NCBI GenBank assembly: GCA_002269645.1 | Contig: NIVC01000738.1 | Location: forward strand, 1 to 64,000 | Length of the DNA stretch: 64,000 nt | Source of the DNA: Macrostomum lignano | Taxonomy: Eukaryota | Reading direction: 5' to 3' | In this document: in pieces, positions 9,905 to 26,082 of the stretch | How positions within the stretch are numbered: position 1 is the stretch's first letter | How the letters are laid out: every line of letters starts with the position of its first letter | Notes under the pieces: model-generated | The model's input: only the letters and a program-made list of their open reading frames with translations | Told to the model about the DNA's origin: nothing | Database searches by the model: none | Made by a program: the position numbers and the translations under genes

Positions 9905-10768
9905 ATGGAAGCTATAGCCGAAAGACTAAACAATATTATTTCGCACTCCAAGGAGAGCATTCCTATTACAATAACTGGGCGGATTAATGACTCAAACGGG
10001 ATATTTGTTCAAAAATTAGAGCAGGCGATTAGCCTGGATCCAGGTGCTAATTACCATGTCTATCTTAACGACTTCACTGGTTGGTCAAACGTTCCCAATG
10101 TGACGGCAGCAAATAATAAGTTTTATTACAAATGGAAAGGTGCAGCAGCAGAACCTGTGGTATTCCCTGTGAGCACGCAAAGTGTGGATACCTACAATTA
10201 CTTTCTAGAAAACGTCTTTACTAAAAGAGGCCATTTTGAGACACCTGATATGAGTAAGCCAGAGAAGAAACTGTTCCCTGTTAAACTAACCTATGATCTC
10301 ACTGTAATGAGAGTGGTCATGCAAGTTCACAAAGATGCGGAGGTTGAGTTTAAAGATGACACTTGGTATAGGGAATTGGGATTCGTGAAGAAAGTTTATA
10401 AGGCAGAATCCACAGCGCGGACTGTCACTCAAGCATCGGGGGCCGTTAGCATGGCCCGGGAAAGTGTACGCGGTTTGTTCTTAGCACCCAATATAGCAGA
10501 CATTGTAAAGGGTTTGAATATTCTAATCAGAACTAATCTCAGTCTTGATTGGGTATTTAAGGGAAAGCGAACTAATATTTTGTACAACATCTCCAACTCT
10601 GTAGCTGGAGGACAGATGGTGGTAGAGAAACCAAATCCAGTGAAAAGAGTTGTATTGAGTAATAAGGAGATTCACGAGATTGTGCTTCAGTTTGAGACTG
10701 AAGATGGGATGGGCGTTGATTTTAATGGGGAAGAGTTTGTATTGACGTTAATCATTGAGAGAATGTGA
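9905..10768 (+). CDS. Minor capsid protein (penton), 287 aa
   Basis: ISLDPGANYHVYLNDF..NVPNVTAANNKFYY N-terminal pattern. True ATG at 9905. Confidence 0.82.
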   Translation: MEAIAERLNNIISHSKESIPITITGRINDSNGIFVQKLEQAISLDPGANYHVYLNDFTGWSNVPNVTAANNKFYYKWKGAAAEPVVFPVSTQSVDTYNYFLENVFTKRGHFETPDMSKPEKKLFPVKLTYDLTVMRVVMQVHKDAEVEFKDDTWYRELGFVKKVYKAESTARTVTQASGAVSMARESVRGLFLAPNIADIVKGLNILIRTNLSLDWVFKGKRTNILYNISNSVAGGQMVVEKPNPVKRVVLSNKEIHEIVLQFETEDGMGVDFNGEEFVLTLIIERM

Positions 10769-10772
10769 GAAA

Positions 10773-11012
10773 TCACAACTGCCTAATGATTTCTGCAAAG
10801 TTATAGTAGCTATCGTAATCTTTTACGTAGGTTACTCCATACTTATGAAACCAATGTCTTTGGAGAGCTAGATTAATATTAGGGGCATTGATATCAACAT
10901 CGGGCCAATATTTTCTCATGTACTCGCTGCATTCTAGTTTGCATCGGTACTTGGATTTGTACAATGGATGAGGCTGAGTATAATAGGAACCTGGAGAGAC
11001 AACTGGAAACAT
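10773..11012 (-). CDS. Small viral hypothetical protein, 79 aa
   Basis: AAAAATG start at 11012; ends 4 bp from the penton stop. Confidence 0.5.
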   Translation of the reverse strand: MFPVVSPGSYYTQPHPLYKSKYRCKLECSEYMRKYWPDVDINAPNINLALQRHWFHKYGVTYVKDYDSYYNFAEIIRQL

Positions 11013-11167
11013 TTTTATTGAGAATTTAATTTTTTTCAATGGGTAAGGACCCTGCGCTGATGATTTAAAGTCTTAGGGATCTGGTAGCACGTTGCGAATT
11101 GAATGTGGGGAGAAGAATGCAGATTATTTTTCTGATTGTTTTAGAAATGTTATGGGTGGATTTGGAG

Positions 11168-11435
11168 CTGTTATGCTCAGAGCATAAACCCTCAGAGCAT
11201 AACAGTAGGACACCTGTTATGCTCTGATTCTGTCAGGGATAATATGGATGGATTTAATGGAATTATGGAGGACGTTTTGTGAGCGAGTGCGACCCCCCTT
11301 TTTTTCTGATTCTGTCAGGGATAATATGGATGGATTTAATGGGATTATGGACGAAGTTTTTGGAGCAGGTGCGACCCCCCTTTTTTTCTGATTCTGTCAG
11401 GGATAATATGGATGGATTTAATGGGATTATGGAGG
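11168..11435. repeat. Subterminal palindrome cluster plus three 82-bp direct repeats
   Basis: Inverted repeats at 11171-11187 and 11192-11227 (14-bp stem). CTGATTCTGTCAGGGATAATATGGATGG recurs at 11224, 11306 and 11388. Confidence 0.9.
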
Positions 11436-11562
11436 AGGTGAAAAATTTTGTCCCAGAAGCCCCCTCATGCCTTCTACTGAAGCGAGAATTTCAACGAGAA
11501 TTTGAGAGAGCTGTAAAAGCGTTCTGAGCACTTGATGCGGAACAACATCGTGCACTGCTCAC

Positions 11563-12079
11563 CCCCTGTCATGTAGAATGGTCCTGGAGCCATTTTCAGT
11601 GTTGACAATCACCATGGAGACGGGGCAGGCTTCACCTTGGACTGACTGGCTCAGTGACGTGTCAATGGAGTGCTTGGCAAATACAGAACGGATATAACTG
11701 GCTTGGTTGAAGTGAATGCTTTCTGATTAGTTAGACTATTAGTACTACTAATATTAGTAATTATCGATTGGCGTCTGTGAATGGCAAACTCACTTTCCAT
11801 TGAATGAATTCTCCGAGGGCATGGTGCCTGCAAAGTACACAGGCTTTGACTCCAGTGCTGCCAGCACAATGGCATTGTGGGCTGCATTGCCTCCAAGCTG
11901 CCAGCTTATATTGGCTCTAAAATTTTATTCATTCATTGCTTAGTTAAGTATTTAAGCATTTATAAAATTTTAATTTCCAACCTGCTATCAGTGTCTTCCA
12001 TAGGGAACTGGTCAACTTTGCTGACCAAGTCAAGGCAGCAAAGCCCCACACAGATAATTGATCCAGATGTGTGTAACAT
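11563..12079 (-). CDS. KHK: Ketohexokinase (PfkB family), exons 1-3 only: 12079-11982, 11916-11794, 11697-11563
   Basis: Spliced in phase with GT/AG: MLHTSGSIICVGLCCLDLVSKVDQFPMEDTDSR ANISWQLGGNAAHNAIVLAAL...NYIRSVF...VIVNTENGSRTILHDR. Matches the KHK N-terminus, and exon 3 is 135 nt like vertebrate KHK exon 3. The remainder is not in the window. Confidence 0.88.
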
Positions 12080-13795
12080 GTTAGCCTGAAAATGTATACA
12101 ATGTTTGTGCTAGAAAAAATGCCAAATGGTTTTATTTAATGTTAGAGATAAAGTGTAAAGTGTAAATGTTTAGATACAAATATTTGCTGTTGTATGAATT
12201 TCTGCTCTGCCTCATACTAGCAGCATATTTTAAAAGCAAAAAATGTAATGAATTTTTTCTGTATTGTCTCTGTGTATTTTCTTTATATTTTCTTATTCAT
12301 ATATTTTTTAATTATTAATCCAAGTCAAATATTAATTGTTTTGATTGCAAAAGTTTTGACTGTATTTTCTATGCTGTAACAGGAGAGGGTTTTAGAAATA
12401 AAAAACTACCGAAATTAGCATCATGTCGCATAAAAATGGAAGATAATGCACCTACTGTACAGGATATAAATAGCCATAAATATTCCCTTTTTATCAAGTC
12501 TTAGTGAAACCGTAACATAGTATAATTCCCTGATGTCAATCATGTTACAACTGAATTTGTTGTTACACGTGCTATGGAAATAACGCGTCACTATAACAAT
12601 TTTTACAATAGCATTCAGCAGAATAAATGAACCTTAGCTGTACGTTATGAACGAGAGCTCCACCGGCCACGTGTTCTGTTTCTTAGAAGGGGGATATTTT
12701 AATTTTAAACGGCCACAACAAGAAAGTCTCATGGAAACATGCTGCTTTACGGTGTAAGAATGAGTTTGAAGTTCGAGTCTAGTCTAGTCGTCGATTTGCA
12801 TCGAATAAAACTCAGAGACACTCACAACCTAAAAAAAAGAAAAAATACTATTGTCATCAAGTTTGCATTATCTTTACACTTGCAAGAAGCTCTGGAAAGA
12901 TATCCTATGTACAGTGACTGTATCCTATGTACGGTTTTACTTAGTGAAACCGTAAAATCAATGCAATTTTTTGAAGCACAAAATGATCAATAACAGTCTA
13001 AAATTTAGTAATTGAAGGCGGGAAACGTTTTTGCCTGTTTGCTTAATTTTTCGCACATACATATCAAAAGGATCATTAAATTAAATCAATATCATCAATT
13101 TACAATGGTGCATGGTGGCACATTCCATGCTAATAGTTCAAAAAACATTTTCAGAAAGATTTTTAAGCTTTCCCGTGGCTATCATGATTTTTCAAGACGC
13201 TATAGTGATCACGATCATTTTCTTTTACCATGTAATTCTGTAAGAAACACCGAAACTTAATAAAATAAACAAATCTAATTAGTTTATTTTCGCTATGATT
13301 TATAAAAAGTGGTTTAGCTCTTTTTGTGGAATATTAAGCTGGTTAAATACATAAATTAATAAAACTTTGACATTTTTATAGAATTATTTTTGCGTAGCTC
13401 TTAAATTTTGACAGTTTATTTAATGAATATTTTTACCATGAATTATGCTCAATAGTCCATTATTATCAGTATTTTTATCTCTCTATATATTACACTAAAA
13501 TAACGCATATAGCGGTTTACGGTGATTGAATTGACAATATATTATTTCAGATTATTTTACTTGGCGATTAGTTTTTTTAAAGACTATTCTTTAGATTGTT
13601 CTCTCTACCTGAAATTAGCGTTTTTTATTTGACAATTTATCTATGGCTCGATATAAAATTTTGTATTTTTTATCTCTTGTTTTCGCATGAATAAATAAAA
13701 CAAACAGTTATTTACATCAAATTTATTGCTAGTTACTAGAATTTTTGAACAGCGCAATATTATTGGCAAATATCAGTAAAGATTTATCAATTGCA

Positions 13796-13837
13796 GTTGT
13801 CGAGCACGGTAAAGTCGATGTACTCGAACACCAGGTA
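13796..13837 (-). other. Perfect 42-bp inverted copy of CDKL exon 2 sequence (14790-14831)
   Basis: Exact reverse complement, followed by a tandem CCAGGTA duplication. Confidence 0.95.
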
Positions 13838-14408
13838 CCAGGTACTAATCAGCACTACCTAGCAAATAAAGCCATAAGCAAATAAACCCTAGCGTTGGGT
13901 TCAATCTTACTGGAAATGAAAGTCAAACAAAACAAATTTGGCAAAAGTGTAATGCATATTTCTTATATATTATATTTTATACACTTATGAAATAATAAAA
14001 AAGTGATTAAATAATGCTAATTCTAAATTATATTCCAACCGTCTAAGTGATACTTTCAAAGTAAAGCTATGAGCTATGTGTCGTGTCGTGTCAGGAGTAA
14101 CTAATTTTTGTAATCAATGGTTTATAAAAATATAAAAATATTTCGTTGCATATAAAAGTCAATATTCAAAATGCTACCAAGAAATATTTCTATAGAAATA
14201 ACGATTGCATACTGACCAAAATAAAATAATAGTGGCGATTATTAATATACTTAGTGAATGATTACAATAAAATACACTTATTCTAAATGGTTACTGTTCA
14301 GTTAGTCTTAGAAAAGATATACTTTATTTTACACTTTTTTGCCTTCTTGAATTTCCAATTTCTAAATTACTTGTATTTGAAATAAATTTCAGTGTCAGCA
14401 TGACCTAG

Positions 14409-20342
<5,934 letters not shown>

Positions 20343-20386
20343 GTAACTTTTTGGGGCTGAAGGTGGAGATATAGTTGAGGCTGTAG

Positions 20387-20620
20387 TTAGGGTTAGGGTT
20401 AGGGTTAGGGTTAGGGTTGAGGTTAGGACTAAGTCAAAAACAAAGGTTTTATAGTTCTAGCTTTGATGTTAGGGTTAGGGTTAGGGTTAGGGTTAGGGTT
20501 AGGGTTGAGGTTAGGACTAAGGCAAAAACAAAGGTTTTATAGTTCTAGCTTTGATGTTAGGGTTAGGGTTAGGGTTAGGGTTAGGGTTAGGGTTAGGGTT
20601 AGGACTAAGGCAAAAACAAA
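20387..20620 (+). repeat. Interstitial telomeric (TTAGGG)n blocks in a three-unit higher-order repeat
   Basis: 5, 6 and 7 perfect TTAGGG at 20387, 20469 and 20557, each followed by TTAGGACTAAG(G/T)CAAAAACAAAG. Confidence 0.95.
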
Positions 20621-21244
20621 GCTATCCAGCTATTTATTTTATAGTTCTGGCTTCGATGTTAATAAGTTCTGGGATTTTAGTGATGATTATAATTGTTTAA
20701 GCTGAAGTGACTTCACCAAATTAGGTGGCATCAGAGTTAAACTGAATGACAAATGGCGCTGTTTTAAAACTGCGCAAATCTAACTGAGTGAACTTCAGTG
20801 AAAGCTCCGCACTGTAGCATTTTGACATGTCCGAGTCAGAGGCCCAACTCGCAACCTCCCCGCAGACCCCTGGCCGCCGTCCTTAAAGTGGAAGTGACGC
20901 GCGGCTGCGGTTCTCTCCAGCGGCCAAAAAATTCATTACTTCGCCAGTCTCGAGTGCATCGAACTGTTCATCCAGGGACAACTATTTTAGCACTAGCACT
21001 TATTTCGCTAGCACTTTATGCAGGTATTCGCTAATTATCGATTTGCTTGTCATATTCTGAACTGCTGCGATTTTCTCTCAAAAAGTTTACATAGAAGTTT
21101 CCACTCTGGTTATTGTTTGCAACTCTTTGGTGTTTATGCGCCTGTCAGATTTATGAATTAATATTCTTCTGCGTTACATTTATTACTGTTATTTTTGTCC
21201 GTAACTGGCTGGCTTGCGGATGACTCAAGGTCATGGGATTAGTC

Positions 21245-21992
21245 ATTTGGACTATCAAAGTCAAGGATTAGTCAATGACGAATCAAGGTCAAGGGATTAG
21301 CCATTTAGACGATCAAAGTCAAGGATTAGTCAATGCAAATCAAGGTCAAGGATAAATCAAGGTCAAGGAGTAGTCAAGGATAAATCAAGGTCAAGGAATA
21401 GTCAAGGATAAATCAAGGTCAAGGAGTGGCCAAGGATAAATCAAGGTCAAGGAATAGTCAAGGATAAATCAAGGTCAAGGAGTGGTCAAGGATAAATCAA
21501 GGTCAAGGAGTAGTCAAGGATAAATCAAGGTCAAGGAGTGGTCAAGGATAAATCAAGGTCAAGGAGTAGTCAAGGATAAATCAAGGTCAAGGAGTGGTCA
21601 AGGATAAATCAAGGTCAAGGAGTGGTCAAGGATAAATCAAGGTCAAGGAGTGGTCAAGGATAAATCAAGGTCAAGGAGTGGTCAAGGATAAATCAAGGTC
21701 AAGGAGTGGTCAAGGATAAATCAAGGTCAAGGAGTGGTCAAGGATAAATCAAGGTCAAGGAGTGGTCAAGGATAAATCAAGGTCAAGGAGTGGTCAAGGA
21801 TAAATCAAGGTCAAGGAGTGGTCAAGGATAAATCAAGGTCAAGGAGTGGTCAAGGATAAATCAAGGTCAAGGAGTGGTCAAGGATAAATCAAGGTCAAGG
21901 AGTGGTCAAGGATAAATCAAGGTCAAGGAGTGGTCAAGGATAAATCAAGGTCAAGGAGTAGTCAAGGATAAATCAAGGTCAAGGAGTAGTCA
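21245..21992. repeat. 28-bp minisatellite
   Basis: Unit TCAAGGATAAATCAAGGTCAAGGAGTGG. Confidence 0.96.
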
Positions 21993-22526
21993 ATGACGAA
22001 TCACGCAGCCGCGTCGGCAAGGACTTGCAATTAGTTTCAACAATTGTCTTGGAGCAGAATAGATGTGCCTCTTGTCTCGCTATTAATTGCGATTTGTTTG
22101 ATTATCTTGCTAATTATTTTTCTCTCGCTGGGCTTTTTGAGTCACAGTTCCTTGATGCAAGTGTTAACCATGCTCTGAATTGACTGCTTTTTATTTATTT
22201 AAACTCTGCTTCTGAGAATCAATACGCCCTGTAAAAATAGAGAAATCGAGTGGGCATGTCCTGCCGTGATTATTATTTCACGCGTCGTGAATTGGCTTCG
22301 AGTAAAAGAGCGAGTTCCGTTTTTTATTTCCTATGAAATCAACTCAATTTTTGTGCCAGAATTTTTATCAGCAGAGATATACGCTCGTAGTTTTTGCATT
22401 CAACTTTCAAATTTGCTAGCTCTTGAGATATTGAAAGTTCCAAGCTATACTGGAACAACGAAGGTCAAATGAAGATCAAATGTTGCAACTGAAAGGCCGC
22501 CGCCTGTTCCGGTGTCTCCGGGCTGT

Positions 22527-23705
22527 TCAGACCTGTAGCCGGCCAGTCAGGAAGGCGGTCTGCAGCAGCCGATTGCCCACCAGCAGGAACTCCAGCCAGG
22601 AGTCGCCGACTGGCACCCGGCGCACGAACGGGTAGCGGTGCTTCAGCTGGCTGCAGCTCTGCCAGCGGCTCCCTTGCGACTTGCAGCGGCTCACCGAGTC
22701 CAGATTTGAGTAGCAGTGATAGTAGCACCTGTCCATCACGTCGCCGTAGTACATCCTCAGGTAGCCTGGCGTATTTCCCGGCGCCGCGAACCAGAGGCCT
22801 TCGAATAGGCGACGGGACAGGGGGAAGTACAGGCTCTTCGGCGCCAGCGTCCACCTGTCCGTCAGGTTGAACTGGCCGGACTGCGGCAGCGGCTCGTGGT
22901 AGAAGAAAATGTCCAGGCACAGCAGGAAGTCCGGCACCTCGGCCTTCTGCAGGCGCAGATCAAGGATGTAGAACTTCCAGTGGGTGCTGGTGGCTTCGGG
23001 CCAGAAGTCGAACGTCTTCGGGTGGCGCTTGGCGAGCCTGGAGAAGATGCGGTGGGCGGCCGCAAAGTCGGAGCTGCTGATGCGAAAGTCGAAGTCGTCG
23101 TCCCAGGGCACGAAGCCGTGGTGCCGGAAGGAGCCGATAAGCGAGCCGCCGTCCAGGATAAGCGGCACCTTCGCCTTGTCGAAGGCTCTCTTCACTAGCG
23201 ACAGCCTCTCGACGATGGCGGCCTTCTCGGTCTCCAGGATGGCGCGCCGGAAGCAGTGGGAGGTGTTCCAGCTGGCCAGCGGCTGCGACATCAGCCGGAG
23301 GCGGTCGGACTCGGCTGAGACGAATTTCACCCGGGTGCCGAGCAGGATGCTGGCGCAGTCCTCGGTGAGCTCGAAGGCGCTGCCGTAGCTGATGTCGGAC
23401 CTGTTCAGCCGGATCAGCTCCTCCAGGGCGCGGTTGCAGTCAGCCGAGGGCGTCTGGCGCACCGCCATGGCGCCCAGCGCGGCCTCCGCCTCGAGGTCCG
23501 ACTTGGCGACCGGCTGCTCCCGCGCCGACTGCAGCTTCAGCCGGATTGTCTTCGCCAGCTGCGGGCAGCTGCGGGCGCCGAGCTGCTTGGAGCCGCTAAT
23601 TTTGTCCGGCGGGCTCAGCAGGCCGTCCGAGTAGAAAATTGCCAGGCTGGCGACGAGCAGAGCGCAGCAGCCGATGGCCAGAGTGAGCACTGACCGCAGC
23701 GACAT
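22527..23705 (-). CDS. LicD/fukutin-related (FKRP-family) nucleotidyltransferase-fold protein, type II membrane, 392 aa, intronless CDS
   Basis: GGSLIGSFRHHGFVPWDDDFDF, CLDIFFY, N-terminal TM segment. ATG at 23705. Confidence 0.9.
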   Translation of the reverse strand: MSLRSVLTLAIGCCALLVASLAIFYSDGLLSPPDKISGSKQLGARSCPQLAKTIRLKLQSAREQPVAKSDLEAEAALGAMAVRQTPSADCNRALEELIRLNRSDISYGSAFELTEDCASILLGTRVKFVSAESDRLRLMSQPLASWNTSHCFRRAILETEKAAIVERLSLVKRAFDKAKVPLILDGGSLIGSFRHHGFVPWDDDFDFRISSSDFAAAHRIFSRLAKRHPKTFDFWPEATSTHWKFYILDLRLQKAEVPDFLLCLDIFFYHEPLPQSGQFNLTDRWTLAPKSLYFPLSRRLFEGLWFAAPGNTPGYLRMYYGDVMDRCYYHCYSNLDSVSRCKSQGSRWQSCSQLKHRYPFVRRVPVGDSWLEFLLVGNRLLQTAFLTGRLQV

Positions 23706-24573
23706 GGCCGGTCTGGGATGTCTCAAGTCCGTTGGCTCAGCGGAGCTGCTCTCCTTTCCTGCGATTGTGCCACTTTATACAAGTTGGTGAGCTCAGCTTG
23801 CGGACACCTGGGCCAGGGAGTACTGGAGACAGAACCTGGAGCGGCAACTGAAGGAGCTCTGGCTGAGCTGTTTCGCTAAAATTCTCCCCAATCAAATCCC
23901 GAGTAGCGCGCAGAGCATGAGAAAACCTAAACAACTTCAAAAATTGAATTGAGTTGCTACAAAAAGGCCAACTTCTTCTAGTTCCTAGAATTTTCTGCTT
24001 TGAAACCGCGCAAAACCAGCCCTATGGGTGTTTGATAGTTCACAAGCTGACCGGTTTCAGAGATTTCTATCTGTCTGCTGAGTGCAGATCAATTGCAGGT
24101 CCCGCCGGGGTTCAGATACCAGTCCAGATCTCTAGCTACAGGCGTCCCTTCCCGGGGCGCATTCTAGAATGGAGCGGCCGGATATCCGGTGCTGAATGAA
24201 TGCAAAACAATGCCTGATTTTGTGGCAGCTCTGACGCAGGCAATGCGGTATTGAACCCATTGTGCTGCCAGCCTACGCAACTGCGCCTACACCGACTCAC
24301 CTGGCAGGCTGGAGCTGCACGCTTTGGTCCTGATATTTTAGCTTGTGGTGGGGGCGGGGCGGCATCAGAACAAGGCTGCAGCCGACCCGCAGCCAGGGTC
24401 GACTCCTGAACCCTGAGCACACAAATGGATGTACTCAAACAGGGTGTACAATGGCCCTGACTTTTCCTTCATCAGAAATGTACACTCTCCGGGCCTTGGC
24501 CCCATGGATTTCACTCAAACGGCAAACCGACAAGCCTCGATTTTCGCGCAGTACATCTGGCCCCCGAATTGAT

Positions 24574-25470
24574 GTTTCAGACGAGAGTCAGCCGAGAGTC
24601 AAATGAGGCTTCAGATGAGAGTCAGACGAAAGTCAGACGAGAGTCAGGCGAGAGTCAGGCGAGAGTCAGACGAAAGTCAGACGAGAGTCAGACGAGAGTC
24701 AGGCGAGAGTCAGACGAGAGTCAGGCGAGAGTCAGACGAGTGTCAGGCGAGAGTCAGGCGAGAGTCAGGCGAGAGTCAGGCGAGAGTCAGGCGAGAATCA
24801 GGCGAGAGTCAGGCGAGAGTCAGACGAGAGTCAGGCGAGAGTCAGACGAGTGTCAGGCGAGAGTCAGACGAGAGTCAGGCGAGAGTCAGGCGAGAATCAG
24901 GCGAGAGTCAGGCGAGAGTCAGACGAGAGTCAGGCGAGAGTCAGGCGAGAGTCAGGCGAGAATCAGGCGAGAGTCAGGCGAGAGTCAGACGAGAGTCAGG
25001 CGAGAGTCAGGCGAGAGTCAGGCGAGAGTCAGGCGAGAGTCAGGCGAGAGTCAGGCGAGAATCAGGCGAGAGTCAGGCGAGAGTCAGACGAGAGTCAGGC
25101 GAGAGTCAGACGAGTGTCAGGCGAGAGTCAGACGAGAGTCAGGCGAGAGTCAGGCGAGAATCAGGCGAGAGTCAGGCGAGAGTCAGGCGAGAGTCAGACG
25201 AGAGTCAGGCGAGAGTCAGGCGAGAATCAGGCGAGAGTCAGGCGAGAGTCAGACGAGAGTCAGGCGAGAGTCAGGCGAGAATCAGGCGAGAATCAGGCGA
25301 GAGACAGGCGAGAATCAGGCGATAGTCAGGCGAGAATCAGGCGAGAGTCAGGCGACAGTCAGGCGAGAGTCAGACGACAGTCAGGCGAGAGTGAGACGAC
25401 AGTCAGTCGAGAGTCAGGCGAGAATCAGGCGAGAGTCAGGCAACAGTCAGGCGAGAGTGAATCGAGAGCA
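24574..25470. repeat. 11-bp-based minisatellite
   Basis: GAGAGTCAGGC and variants. Confidence 0.95.
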
Positions 25471-26082
25471 AGACGAGGGTCAGACAGTCGAGTTTTTCTG
25501 TCCCCGCTGTCCCCCTGCTATACTCGATGAAGTCCCTGCCAGTAAGAGGACGGACAATGTCAGCGGTGTTCAGAAACGATACTTCAGTGGTCCTTGTCTG
25601 CCTTGATCGCTGCGCTTTGCTACCAAGATTTGTGCTTCTTTAGACCCGATAATCCCCATAGTTGGTTCAAAAGACTTAGCTTTGCCTCTAAAACACAGGT
25701 AAAGTAGGTTTCACTCTCAGCGAATAGAACTGAGCAAAATTTCTTTTCTTTTCGTCTCAAATTTTCTGTTCATTCTCTCCTCTCCGTCTCTGCACCTCTT
25801 CTGCGGTTCCCATTGTGCTGCAGCTGCGGTCTCAAGCCCTCGCTGTACGGTTCGTACACTGCAGTGCTGCCCTGCATTGCCCAGCCACTCCAAAACTTCT
25901 CAGCTTTGTTAGCACTAAAGCGCTCAATTCTAGCCTGAGAACATTTATAATAAGAAAAAGAACGAGATTGTCAAGCAGCCTTCCAAACCAGCGCGAGCTC
26001 ACAGATGGGCGGCAGCTCTGCCCCACAGATTGACCGTGAATTGTGAGTCGGTAGTTTGTGAGTCACAGCCGCGAGCTCACAG

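Larger units (their letters stand above)
1..11478. mobile_element. Endogenous Polinton/Maverick (adintovirus-like) dsDNA virus, left end outside the window
   Basis: Compact, intronless, AT-rich gene block with pPolB, cysteine protease, A32-like ATPase, MCP-like and penton-like ORFs. Most starts are in an AAAATG context. Right end has repeats and hairpins and a candidate ...CTACT terminus at 11478. Host exons resume at 11563. Confidence 0.93.

Noticed and set aside
11744-11749. ACTACT as the Polinton terminus
   Set aside because: It lies in KHK intron 2, beyond host exon 3, so it cannot be the viral end.
12400-13300. Short direct repeats (CTTAGTGAAACCGTAA at ~12500 and ~12940) and short ORFs
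   Set aside because: Too short and without TIR, TSD or coding evidence to call an element.
24569-25606. Long RRESGESQA-type ORFs
   Set aside because: Open in several frames because the repeat lacks stops; no splice or domain support.
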